Shown piece by piece: positions 8,769 through 17,040 of a DNA stretch of 36,919 bases. The translations under genes were made by a program, and so were the position numbers. The notes under the pieces are model-generated. The model saw only the letters and a list, made by a program, of their open reading frames with translations, did not search any database and was not told where the DNA came from. The stretch's first letter is position 1, and each line of letters starts with the position of its first letter. Source of the DNA: a virus; the IMG/VR virus record IMGVR_UViG_3300045988_093873; one strand, 5' to 3'.

Positions 8769-9181
8769 TTAATCCTCCTTGCTATAATGCTGTAAAACCT
8801 TCTGCGCATTTCATAGAAGTATGATCTCTCGCATGGAATGCCTCTGGTTTTCATGGTCTGAAATGTGCAGTATTCTGTTGTCACATAATACAGCAGATAT
8901 GGATACAGCTCTTTTTCTTTTCCCACTGCTTCCATGGCTGCGTCTTCAATCTTCTTTATCTTGCGTGTGATCTCGGCCGCTTCCATGGCTGCGTCAGCAG
9001 TTGAGTCAGAACAGTTATGTGATCCCGGCTGTCCAGTCAGATTCTGTCCGGCTCTTGTGTCTCTCTTTACGGCCAGCTCCTCTTTCCACTCTGTATACTG
9101 TAAGCAATAGTTGTATGCGGTCTGAAAAGCTCTCTTTGATATATTATATTTCTTTCTGTTCAGCGGTCTCACGTTTGGCAT
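8765..9181 (-). CDS. Late-gene transcriptional activator (RinA/ArpU-like, putative)
   Basis: 138 aa and the last sizeable gene before the packaging module. Its architecture (N-terminal Y..Y..W segment, C-terminal HTH-like ...RSYFYEMRRRFYSIIARRI) resembles RinA-type regulators. Confidence 0.45.
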   Translation of the reverse strand: MPNVRPLNRKKYNISKRAFQTAYNYCLQYTEWKEELAVKRDTRAGQNLTGQPGSHNCSDSTADAAMEAAEITRKIKKIEDAAMEAVGKEKELYPYLLYYVTTEYCTFQTMKTRGIPCERSYFYEMRRRFYSIIARRIK

Positions 9182-9202
9182 ATCTGCCCTCCTTAAAACT
9201 AA

Positions 9203-9559
9203 TTATTTTTCTTGATCTGGCCAGTATTCCTGTGTGTCCATGAATTTTATTTCTCCTGGATATACCTGTTCTACTTTTCCGTTTTTATATTCCACAATTG
9301 CAAGTGTAATATTTGTTTGTCCTCCTGGATGTCCACCTACCAGCGGCGACGGTTCAACAACTGTTGCAAGTTCTGTCCATCGGTGAAATATAGCTTCTCT
9401 TCCTCTCGCCTGACACAAACGGTGTTTTCGCAATTTCTCATAATGCTCTTTTGTGGTAATCACATAGCCGTTGTCTGTCGTAATCTCTGTATTACTGCAT
9501 AAGAATGGCTTCTGTGCCACATTATCAATTAATTTCTTAACGTCGTTAATGTCCATCAT
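9203..9559 (-). CDS. Hypothetical protein
   Basis: 118-aa ORF in the same orientation as the operon. No motif recognised. Confidence 0.5.
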   Translation of the reverse strand: MMDINDVKKLIDNVAQKPFLCSNTEITTDNGYVITTKEHYEKLRKHRLCQARGREAIFHRWTELATVVEPSPLVGGHPGGQTNITLAIVEYKNGKVEQVYPGEIKFMDTQEYWPDQEK

Positions 9560-9875
9560 GTTTATGATCCTCCATGATAAAATTTTTTCCGAATATCTTC
9601 ATAAACTCTTCCCTGCTGCCGAACCGGTCCTCAAAAGCTCTCTGTCCCTCTTCATGCAGCATGTCCATGACCTTTTTGTTTGAGTGTACTGCCTCCAGCC
9701 CTGTCCCTGCCAGGTGATGCACATTGCAGAGATATACTTTCAATCCATAGTGTCCTGAATGTGTCCGATTCGGACACCCTCCAAAAATGTGATGCTCCTG
9801 GAGCGCCGGATGTCGTCTGTAATCATTGTGTAGCTTCATGCAGAGATAACAAGTGCCGCTTTCTCTGCTGTGCAT
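9546..9875 (-). CDS. HNH-like zinc-binding protein (conserved phage protein)
   Basis: Contains CYLC...LQEHHIFGG.PNR...GLKVYLCNVHH...VH. I preferred the start at ATG 9875; the ORF-track start at 9944 adds a Lys-rich overlap. The start remains uncertain. Confidence 0.5.
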   Translation of the reverse strand: MHSRESGTCYLCMKLHNDYRRHPALQEHHIFGGCPNRTHSGHYGLKVYLCNVHHLAGTGLEAVHSNKKVMDMLHEEGQRAFEDRFGSREEFMKIFGKNFIMEDHKHDGH

Positions 9876-9903
9876 GATACTCGGCCTTTCCGGCTCTTTC
9901 TTT

Positions 9904-10047
9904 TTACTCCTTTTTTTCTTTTTCTGCTTCGGAAATGACTGCATTCTTTCTCTCCTCCAGCTTTTTTCTGTAACTTTCGTGATAGTCTTTCAACCAACGT
10001 GTCTGTCTTCTCTGATTAACATTCACTTTTACTTCAATAGCGTCCAT
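9904..10047 (-). CDS. Small hypothetical protein (47 aa)
   Basis: ATG at 10047 overlaps the stop of the ASCH gene (TAATG). The longer 88-aa ORF-track version would lie inside the ASCH gene. Confidence 0.4.
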   Translation of the reverse strand: MDAIEVKVNVNQRRQTRWLKDYHESYRKKLEERKNAVISEAEKEKKE

Positions 10048-10397
10048 TATTGTGCCTTTCTCAGCTTTATTCCGCCTATGTCCTCGATTTTTAAAATGTA
10101 ATATTTCTTTCCCGGCTCTGCGCCCCATTCTTCTCTGCCGTATCCTGCTGTCAGAGAGCACTCTGCCCATATTGTCGGCGCGTCTTTTCCATATCCATTC
10201 CGGAACGCAACCAACTGAACTCTGTTTTTCTGTATTTCTGGAAGTGGAGAACGAATCAGTTTATCTCCTATCCATATCGTTCCGAACGTGTTCATGAAAC
10301 GCTTATCATAATACGGTTTGATTTCTCTGTATTCTTCTTTCTTTTCTCCAGAAAGAATCATGTTAAACCACTTTCGTTTTATTGGCAATGTCAGCAT
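10047..10397 (-). CDS. ASCH domain protein
   Basis: MLTLPIKRKWFNMILSGEKKEEYREIKPYY matches the typical ASCH N-terminal signature. Confidence 0.65.
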   Translation of the reverse strand: MLTLPIKRKWFNMILSGEKKEEYREIKPYYDKRFMNTFGTIWIGDKLIRSPLPEIQKNRVQLVAFRNGYGKDAPTIWAECSLTAGYGREEWGAEPGKKYYILKIEDIGGIKLRKAQ

Positions 10398-10405
10398 CTG
10401 TCCTC

Positions 10406-10843
10406 CTAACTGAATGGCAATTCTTCTTCTATGCCATCCGGAATATTCATAAATCCATCTGCACTGTCCGCAGGAGCTGGCGGCGGTGTCTGTTTTGGTG
10501 GATAATAAGCCGCTCCATTGTCTCCAGATTTACTTTCAGCAAATTCCTGTTCCTCTACTACGATCTCTGTTGTGTAGATCTTATGTCCATCTCGGTTCGT
10601 GTAGCTGCCGGTCTGGATGCGTCCAGAAACAACAATTTTAGTTCCCTGTCGCAGATATTTCTCTGCAAACTCCGCAGCGCGGCCAAAAGTCACGCAATTG
10701 ATGAAGTCTGCGGTTGCTTCGCCGTCACGATGGAATCTCCGGTCTACTGCAAGTGTATATCTGGTAATTGCCAGGTTGTCTCCGGAAGCGTAGCGCACTT
10801 CCGGATCTCTGGTTAAACGTCCCATTAAAATTACTTTATTCAT
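10406..10843 (-). CDS. ssb: Single-stranded DNA-binding protein
   Basis: MNKVILMGRLTRDPEVRY...TADFINCVTFGRAAE is an OB fold, with an acidic C-terminal tip EEELPFS. ATG at 10843 follows AGAGGAG. Confidence 0.9.
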   Translation of the reverse strand: MNKVILMGRLTRDPEVRYASGDNLAITRYTLAVDRRFHRDGEATADFINCVTFGRAAEFAEKYLRQGTKIVVSGRIQTGSYTNRDGHKIYTTEIVVEEQEFAESKSGDNGAAYYPPKQTPPPAPADSADGFMNIPDGIEEELPFS

Positions 10844-11370
10844 CACATTCTCCTCTTGAATCTATTTCTTGGAGGTCTTGCCCCCCCCCGTTTCGTTTTT
10901 GTTACATATGCTGTGCGGCGTGAGTTCATTTCCATGTCGATCAAATTTCCACACTGTAAGCATTCCTGCGTCAGTTCTGCAGTGTTTCTGTTTGTCATGT
11001 ACTTCCATGAACTTCCGCAGGCTTTGCACTCTGCATACATTGGTTTTAAAGCTCTAAGCTGTGTTACGTGTCCGCATTTCTTACATTTGTGCTGTGTCTT
11101 TGGCTCTTTTGCGTTGTACGAGATTGTCTCTCCACATTTTTCGCAACGAATATGTAAAAATCCTTTGTATTCTTCTGCAGCTTCGCTAATCGTTGTCTCC
11201 GGTACCTGATCTGTTTCCTTTTCCGGATCTTCAATCTCAAAATCATCATTTTCGAAATCATACTTTCGTGCCAGTTCTGTCACATCCTTGAGGAAATCAT
11301 ATTCTTTCGAGTCTGAGATCCGTACATGCAGTGTAAAATTACCGGTTTCATTTTGAATTATCATTTCCAT
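10843..11370 (-). CDS. Multi-CxxC zinc-finger protein, function unknown
   Basis: 175 aa with CEKCG, CKKCG, CKACG and CLQCG. The 3' end contains a G9 run (plus-strand C9 at 10881-10889). Confidence 0.55.
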   Translation of the reverse strand: MEMIIQNETGNFTLHVRISDSKEYDFLKDVTELARKYDFENDDFEIEDPEKETDQVPETTISEAAEEYKGFLHIRCEKCGETISYNAKEPKTQHKCKKCGHVTQLRALKPMYAECKACGSSWKYMTNRNTAELTQECLQCGNLIDMEMNSRRTAYVTKTKRGGARPPRNRFKRRM

Positions 11371-11632
11371 TTGTCTTTTTCTCCTTTACCATTACTATTT
11401 TTGTATCTTTGATGCGATACGCTCTTGAATCTCCCGGATGTTCTGTCTCAAGGATGCGATCCTCCAGCAACATTGCTATATGTCGTCTAACTGTTGCTTT
11501 TGACAGTCCTGTATCTGCCGCAATCTCATAAGTAGCCGGTGGATAACAGTGCCGCTTTATGTATTTAACAATGAATTTCAGGATCTTCTCTCTGTTGTCC
11601 TCCGCCTCTGCTGTTGCATAGTTCAATTCCAT
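11348..11632 (-). CDS. Winged-helix DNA-binding protein (LexA N-terminal-domain-like)
   Basis: ILKFIVKYIKRHCYPPATYEIAADTGLSKATVRRHIAMLLEDRIL resembles the LexA_DNA_bind / MarR-type wHTH. Confidence 0.55.
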   Translation of the reverse strand: MELNYATAEAEDNREKILKFIVKYIKRHCYPPATYEIAADTGLSKATVRRHIAMLLEDRILETEHPGDSRAYRIKDTKIVMVKEKKTNGNDNSK

Positions 11633-11991
11633 TCACCTCTTTTTCTGCGGTGTGCTGTCAATGTTTTTGTTGTATTTACCACATTTCTCGTATTTACTGC
11701 GTATGAACTTTCCGGAACTTCGGAAATGTTGATTCCTATGCCTGCAAACAGTTTTATCAGTGCATCCGCTGCCTTTTTTATCGTTACCCTGTTAACGGCC
11801 CATGCTTTTGTGAATTGTGTTACAATTTCTTTCAGCTTCTCGCAGTCCCAGGAGTAGTTTACTGTCGTTTTCTTTCCTCCCCACGGCTTGTTTATTGCCC
11901 GGTGATAGCTTTTCCCGGAATACTTCATTTTCTTCGGTGGATTTTTTCCGGTGACCTGTTTGAATAATTTCTTTTTCTGTCTCTTATTCAT
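11623..11991 (-). CDS. Hypothetical protein (basic N-terminus)
   Basis: 122-aa ORF with operon-consistent overlaps on both sides. Confidence 0.45.
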   Translation of the reverse strand: MNKRQKKKLFKQVTGKNPPKKMKYSGKSYHRAINKPWGGKKTTVNYSWDCEKLKEIVTQFTKAWAVNRVTIKKAADALIKLFAGIGINISEVPESSYAVNTRNVVNTTKTLTAHRRKRGEWN

Positions 11992-12248
11992 TTCTTTCCT
12001 TTCCCGTTGCCCAGCAGCCGATCACAGACGAATTCGAATTCTAACAATAGTTCAAAATCCGTCTTTCTACTCAACTTCCTGTCAATCTCTTCTACCTTGT
12101 ATTCTCCGAAAATACGATCCCCGGAGGCTCTTGCGTTGTTTATCTGAGCAGTTGTACAATGTAGCTCTTCCTTGATCTCTCCGCTTGTTACATTCTCCAG
12201 AATCAGATCACCAGATCTATTTCTTACCTCATACAGTTTCTTGACCAT
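11988..12248 (-). CDS. Hypothetical protein
   Basis: ATG at 12248 follows GAGGAGGGCAAA. The ORF-track start at 12272 is a TTG with no RBS. Confidence 0.45.
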   Translation of the reverse strand: MVKKLYEVRNRSGDLILENVTSGEIKEELHCTTAQINNARASGDRIFGEYKVEEIDRKLSRKTDFELLLEFEFVCDRLLGNGKGKK

Positions 12249-12258
12249 TTTGCCCTCC

Positions 12259-12414
12259 TCAATGTCCGGCAAGGAACGTTTGCATCATTCTAGTTCTCCA
12301 GTCTGTCTGATTGTCCGTCCATTTTTCACACTGATCGTCGTCTTCTACCAGACGGCCGGTGTGATCGCAAAGACCACAATCATTTTCTTTACAGGTTTTG
12401 CAAGTCTTCTCCAT
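12259..12414 (-). CDS. Small Cys-rich protein (51 aa; CxxC...CxxC)
   Basis: Below the ORF-track size cutoff. ATG at 12414 follows GGAGGGATAGAAA. I translated it by hand as MEKTCKTCKENDCGLCDHTGRLVEDDDQCEKW... Confidence 0.45.
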   Translation of the reverse strand: MEKTCKTCKENDCGLCDHTGRLVEDDDQCEKWTDNQTDWRTRMMQTFLAGH

Positions 12415-12417
12415 TTT

Positions 12418-12708
12418 CTATCCCTCCATTTCAATTCCATTGTCAATAAGTTCCTGCATTTCTGCGTCCAGAATGCGGACGTAAGTTCCTCTTACCATCC
12501 GCATTACTTCCGGGCTTAATTCTTTTGTGTTCTTTTCTGATACCAGGCTTTTTGCCAGGGCGAATACATATGCAACGCTTTCATCCTCTGTAACAGTTTC
12601 CTGAAATTCGATTACAAGGATTTTTCTTTCCTCATAGCTGATAATCCATGCGTTCTTTACGATTTTCTTGTGCAGCTCAATATGAACATAAAACGGTTTT
12701 TCCTGCAA
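12418..12708 (-). CDS. Hypothetical protein
   Basis: 96-aa ORF directly downstream of the parB-like gene. Confidence 0.45.
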   Translation of the reverse strand: MQEKPFYVHIELHKKIVKNAWIISYEERKILVIEFQETVTEDESVAYVFALAKSLVSEKNTKELSPEVMRMVRGTYVRILDAEMQELIDNGIEMEG

Positions 12709-12711
12709 TTG

Positions 12712-14448
12712 TTAGTCCTCCTGACTTTCGATTATCTTTTTGATGATTCTAAGTCCTCCGACGATTAACTGCTGCCTGTAAATTGCCATCCATGGAAAAC
12801 CTGGCTCTTTTTCTTCTGCTTCAAGAATTTCTTTGAGTTTTCTTTCCTCGTCATACAAATAGCCTGTTATTTCTGTGCTTGTCGGTATCTGAATATCTTT
12901 AAGCACTTCCTCCCATGTGCTTGGAATCATCCCCCAAGTGTTTGGCTTTTCGTCCTGCTGCTTTTTGGCAGCGTTTTCTTCCTGATCTGCTGCTTTTTGG
13001 CAGCGTTCTTCCTCTGCATCAAATTCCGGTGAATATGGATCATATAAATTTTTCGCTTCTACGATCAGGCGGCCGTACTTCATTGTTACTTTTTCCTTTT
13101 TGACCGTAATTTCCAGACCTGCTGCAAATCCCATGAAAGTATATTCAACTTCGTTTCCGCTAACTGCATGCCATCCATACGGTGCTATCTCTTTTTGTAC
13201 TGCTTTTGCCGCTTCGCCATTATTCTTGCACTGTCTGCATATTCTCATAATTGTTTTTAATTTGTTTGGATACGCCTCAAACAACGCTTTTACTGCTTCT
13301 GCTTCTGTAAGTGTGCTCTGTGGCTTCTCCGGAGCGTCTACGGATACTATGCGGACTGGCTTCTGCTTCTTTCCGAATCTTTTCACCAATTCCTCAGACA
13401 ATTCATTCCATGTCAGGCTGTACTGCATTGTACTGTCGGGATTGAATGTTATTCCCTCTTTGTTTGCCTGATAATTGAAATGTCCGTTTCTTATCCTGAC
13501 ATCTCGGTACCGGATGCTGATTAAATATGCGGCCATTCTCGTGTCGCATTTGAGGACTCTTTCTCTTTCGCCTTTATTTAAGGCTTCGAAGAATCTTTCT
13601 ATCTGCAGTTCTGGCTGTACCGGTGTGTCGTTCTCTGGCGGTCGCTGCTGCCCTGTCGCCTGTTCAATCGTGAATTGTCCAGGAATGTCTCTGTTATTCT
13701 CCTGCAGGCTCTTAAATGCTTTGATCTCTGCTCCTGTAATCCCGTCGTGGTCCTCATAGTGTTCCATTGCCTTTTTCTGGTATGTTTCATCCAGATCTGC
13801 AAGTTCTCGTGCTACTGTGATGTTGATTTTTGTGGATTGGAACTCTTTCATCCATTCCGGACTGAGTTTCTTCTGGACTGCATGGTATCTTTCCATCTGT
13901 GTTCCAGACACTCCGATCGTCTCCCGAACCATGTCTCTTGTTTTGCCTTTCAGCTCTGTGAGTTCTCGCAAGCCTTTTATGATTTCTTCTGTCTCAAGAG
14001 CTTCTTTCATCTTCTCCCAGTCCGTTTTTTCTCTGAACCGGTTCGCCTGGATAACTGCCAGCTTTTCCAGAAGCTGCGTTGTCTCATGGTCTTCTTTGCC
14101 ATCCTCCAGAAACATTTTTCTTGTGTCGTCCTTAACTGTCGTGTATTTGCAGTTAATTTTTCTAAATTCCTCATGCCCTTCCTCTACAAGCATTCTGCAG
14201 CACATTGTTCTGCAGTGTCCGGAAATTATGTGATCTTCTCCGTTTACGTCTTCAATCAGCACGTCTTGCATTACTCCGAACAGCTGAATTGAGTTTTTCA
14301 GTCCCTGGAGCCGGTCCGGGTCTGTCCCGTAGAAATTTTCTTTCGACGGGACAAGTTTGAATACGTCTCTGTATACAGTATCGCTTGTATTTTCCTGTTG
14401 TACCTGTTTCGGACGTTTGTTCACCATATCGGCAAGGTTAAAAGCCAT
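12712..14448 (-). CDS. parB: ParB/Srx-domain protein with HTH and a long C-terminal extension (partition protein candidate)
   Basis: The ParB N-terminal-domain-like stretch is LKNSIQLFGVMQDVLIE...IISGHCR. The HTH-like stretch is IGVSGTQMERY...VARELA. ATG at 14448 overlaps the parA stop (TGATG), downstream of GGAGGGGAGGA. Confidence 0.65.
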   Translation of the reverse strand: MAFNLADMVNKRPKQVQQENTSDTVYRDVFKLVPSKENFYGTDPDRLQGLKNSIQLFGVMQDVLIEDVNGEDHIISGHCRTMCCRMLVEEGHEEFRKINCKYTTVKDDTRKMFLEDGKEDHETTQLLEKLAVIQANRFREKTDWEKMKEALETEEIIKGLRELTELKGKTRDMVRETIGVSGTQMERYHAVQKKLSPEWMKEFQSTKINITVARELADLDETYQKKAMEHYEDHDGITGAEIKAFKSLQENNRDIPGQFTIEQATGQQRPPENDTPVQPELQIERFFEALNKGERERVLKCDTRMAAYLISIRYRDVRIRNGHFNYQANKEGITFNPDSTMQYSLTWNELSEELVKRFGKKQKPVRIVSVDAPEKPQSTLTEAEAVKALFEAYPNKLKTIMRICRQCKNNGEAAKAVQKEIAPYGWHAVSGNEVEYTFMGFAAGLEITVKKEKVTMKYGRLIVEAKNLYDPYSPEFDAEEERCQKAADQEENAAKKQQDEKPNTWGMIPSTWEEVLKDIQIPTSTEITGYLYDEERKLKEILEAEEKEPGFPWMAIYRQQLIVGGLRIIKKIIESQED

Positions 14449-15248
14449 CAGTCCTCCCCTCCTTCCTTTGCGCATTTCATGCACACTGCAGTTATGTATT
14501 CGTTTACAAGGTCTTCGTAGTCTTTCGCCGCCAGAGATCGTGGAGAATACAGTGGAATCGGTATCCTTGCATACGTGCTTTCAGATACCTTTCTGGAATA
14601 TCTTATTTTTGTCTGGAGCATTGGATAGCCTGCTGCCTGGATCATTTCCAGTCCCTGTGCCTGGGCTTCGTTTCTTCTGTCGTACTTCGTGATAAAGATC
14701 CAGAAATTTTCCAGATCTTTGTTCAGGTCTTCTTTTGTATATCCAATCTGTCTCACCAGCTCCGGCAATCCCTCAGTTGTATTGTCGTCGATTTCAACCG
14801 GAATCAGCACATCATCACATGCTGTCAAAGCGTTAATGGTTGATACATTAATATCTGGAGCGTTGTCAATAATGCAGAAATCATACTGATCTTTCACGCA
14901 TTCAAGAGCGTCCCTGATACGGAACTGCTGTGGGCGTGTCTGATCTAACATTACTTCCTGATTCGCACTAAGCAGCCGCATATTTGCCGGGAGGACATCC
15001 AGACCTTCAAAATCTGTGTGCTTAATGAGCTTATTCATCCAGTCTTCCGGATGTCTGGCTGTCATAATTCGGTCAATTCCTTCCTCGTCCTGGGTGCGTC
15101 GGTTTAATCCACGTGACGCGTCTCCCTGCTTGTCGTTGTCCACCAGGAGAACTCTGTTTCCCTGACTTGCAAGAATATATGCGACGCTGTTTGATGTGAT
15201 CGTCTTTGCAACTCCGCCTTTTAAATTTATTACTGCGATTGTTCTCAT
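14448..15248 (-). CDS. parA: ParA/Soj-family partition ATPase
   Basis: The deviant Walker A is VINLKGGVAKT, followed by LLVDNDKQGD. The size (266 aa) fits, and it is coupled to the parB-like gene. Confidence 0.85.
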   Translation of the reverse strand: MRTIAVINLKGGVAKTITSNSVAYILASQGNRVLLVDNDKQGDASRGLNRRTQDEEGIDRIMTARHPEDWMNKLIKHTDFEGLDVLPANMRLLSANQEVMLDQTRPQQFRIRDALECVKDQYDFCIIDNAPDINVSTINALTACDDVLIPVEIDDNTTEGLPELVRQIGYTKEDLNKDLENFWIFITKYDRRNEAQAQGLEMIQAAGYPMLQTKIRYSRKVSESTYARIPIPLYSPRSLAAKDYEDLVNEYITAVCMKCAKEGGED

Positions 15249-15269
15249 AATCGTTTCCCCTTTTCTTTG

Positions 15270-15680
15270 TTATTCCCATTCTTCGCCCCGGCTACATCCT
15301 TCGTCTTCTTCCAGGAATCCTCCCAGAGTGCCATAAATTCCGCATATGCTTCTTCCTGATTTCAGATGTTGTCTTTGCGCGCATTCTTTGCAGAGCGTAA
15401 TTTTTCTGTACTTCTGCATAAGTTTCCATGCTTCACTGTGGTCAAAAGAATTGATTTTGTCATATTCTGCTTTTATTTTGCTTATGTGCTTACTCATTTC
15501 GCACGAACTGCAGAAATAATACTCAAGTGCTTCCTGGCTGGTTGTCTTCTCTCTGTATTGACAGATATTGTCGCAGATGTAAGTCTCCAGGGCTTCAATG
15601 TCTGTGTCTATTCCTTCGCTTTCGGTCTTCGTCGGCGCGGCGCATCCATTCAGGTTTTCCTCCTTCTGGTTCGCTTTCAA
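15270..15680 (-). CDS. Cys-rich hypothetical protein (start uncertain)
   Basis: CDNICQY...FCSSCE...LCKECA. I preferred TTG at 15680 because AAGGAGGG lies 7 nt upstream. The ORF-track start at 15743 is a GTG with no RBS. Confidence 0.4.
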   Translation of the reverse strand: MKANQKEENLNGCAAPTKTESEGIDTDIEALETYICDNICQYREKTTSQEALEYYFCSSCEMSKHISKIKAEYDKINSFDHSEAWKLMQKYRKITLCKECAQRQHLKSGRSICGIYGTLGGFLEEDEGCSRGEEWE

Positions 15681-15819
15681 AGTAAATCCCTCCTTTCCGA
15701 TCTTTGTAGTATGTGAATCTGTATCCGGATTTAATGATCTCACCCAGATACTCCATTTCTGCCGGGTTCTGTTCCGGTCTCAGGCTCCATCCCTTCCCCC
15801 ATATCTCCTCCGGCTTCAC
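15595..15819 (-). CDS. Hypothetical protein (GTG start), overlapping both neighbours
   Basis: 74 aa. GTG at 15819 lies 10 nt after AGGAGGAA. The N-terminal two thirds look protein-like (EMEYLGEIIKSGYRFTYYKDRKGGIYFE). The C-terminal RRADEDRKRRNRHRH looks like an out-of-frame reading. Confidence 0.35.
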   Translation of the reverse strand: MKPEEIWGKGWSLRPEQNPAEMEYLGEIIKSGYRFTYYKDRKGGIYFESEPEGGKPEWMRRADEDRKRRNRHRH

Positions 15820-16234
15820 GTTTCTTCATTTCCTCCTGTAACCATGCTGAGTATGTATGTTTCCCAGTCTGTGAGGATATTGTGATCTTGCACTCCTGCA
15901 GCTTCTTGCAGGCTTTCTCCCACTCCTGGGCGTTCTTTATCAGTTTTCCTTTTGTATCCTTGAATCCTGCTGCCATCATGTCGTCAGTTTTCAGAATCCG
16001 CGTTGCAACAAATGCGTCTCTTGTATATACGCATACTTCACATTCTTTGTGAAAATGTCCCAGGGCTTTTATAAGGGCTTGCAGGTTCGTCTTGTGATAT
16101 GTCCCCTCAATGCTTCCGAATCCCTCTCTGGTTATCGGTGTGCCTTTGAATATCGTTTCGATCACGTACCCATATTTACGCTGCATACATTCCTGAGACT
16201 GTTTATCTGTCTCCAGATATATGTTTACCTTCAT
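15740..16234 (-). CDS. RNase H-like fold protein (putative)
   Basis: VNIYLETD..., ...TNLQALIKAL..., ...VCVYTRDAFV... and ...GKHTY line up loosely with RNase HI strands and helices. The canonical Glu is not obvious. Confidence 0.35.
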   Translation of the reverse strand: MKVNIYLETDKQSQECMQRKYGYVIETIFKGTPITREGFGSIEGTYHKTNLQALIKALGHFHKECEVCVYTRDAFVATRILKTDDMMAAGFKDTKGKLIKNAQEWEKACKKLQECKITISSQTGKHTYSAWLQEEMKKREAGGDMGEGMEPETGTEPGRNGVSG

Positions 16235-16998
16235 GCCCTTTCCCTCTTTTTCTTTGCTTTCTTCTTTTCCTGTTTTGGCAGTCGAACTGTTCTAATCAGA
16301 GTGTAAGATCGGTACTGGTAGCCTGTCAGATCATTCACGCCTTCATGCAATGAGTCTTTTTCCGCCTCCCAGCCCTTCGGCACTCTGACTTTTCCCCATG
16401 TTTTCCAGTGTTTATACACTTTTTTCTCTGGCTCCGGAATTGGAAGATTGCGTGATGCGGAATAGTTTGCCTCTCTCAGTCTCTTGTCCGTCTCCGGTGT
16501 CTTCGTTATGTAGTTGGCCAGTTTCTCAAACTCGCCTTTTTGATACAGAAGCTGATTCTGTATCTGTCCGTGTTTCCACGCTTTCGCAAGAATAACGTCC
16601 GTGTCAGGAATCCTGTTCACTATGATGTGAATGTGCCAGGCTCCCCTTGTACCGACTTCTATATTCCGCATCCATTTCAGTTCTGCTCCTCTTTTCTTGT
16701 ATTCCCTTCTGAGTATCTGCAGAAATGCTTTCCAGTCTTCCTTTGCTTCTTCCATGGATTCCGGTCTTTTGTCCTTCTCGTATGATAATCTTGTGAAATA
16801 ATCATCTACATCAAAATTGTTCCGGATCTTCCACCTTGCCAACCTCTCCCTGTTGTATCTGTTCCTCTTTGCCATCTGTTCCGGAGTGGCTTTCTTTTTC
16901 TCCTGCCTCTCCTGTCCTGGTGCTCCATACTTTGCCGTGTGATATTCATACACCTCTATGGCATTCCGGAACCTCATTCTTTTACACATGTAACTCAT
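16231..16998 (-). CDS. HUH-superfamily rolling-circle replication initiator (Rep)
   Basis: All three motifs are present in order: YFTRLSY (motif 1), GAWHIHIIVN (HUH, motif 2) and LANYITKT (catalytic Tyr Y..K, motif 3). Confidence 0.7.
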   Translation of the reverse strand: MSYMCKRMRFRNAIEVYEYHTAKYGAPGQERQEKKKATPEQMAKRNRYNRERLARWKIRNNFDVDDYFTRLSYEKDKRPESMEEAKEDWKAFLQILRREYKKRGAELKWMRNIEVGTRGAWHIHIIVNRIPDTDVILAKAWKHGQIQNQLLYQKGEFEKLANYITKTPETDKRLREANYSASRNLPIPEPEKKVYKHWKTWGKVRVPKGWEAEKDSLHEGVNDLTGYQYRSYTLIRTVRLPKQEKKKAKKKRERA

Positions 16999-17040
16999 TA
17001 TCGTATCCCCTGTTTTGAATCCATCTTTAATACTCTTAGC

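Noticed and set aside
9904-10170. The full 88-aa ORF overlapping the ASCH gene.
   Set aside because: Its first 41 codons lie inside the ASCH coding region and encode an Arg-rich out-of-frame-looking peptide. Only the 47-aa part starting at the TAATG junction was kept.
13675-14292. A 205-aa plus-strand ORF antisense to the parB-like gene. Similar antisense ORFs occur at 1797-2285, 7181-7735, 3755-4189 and 8367-8795.
   Set aside because: Each is embedded in a well-supported minus-strand gene. The compositions are hydrophobic and Cys-rich, typical of antisense readings, and none has an RBS.
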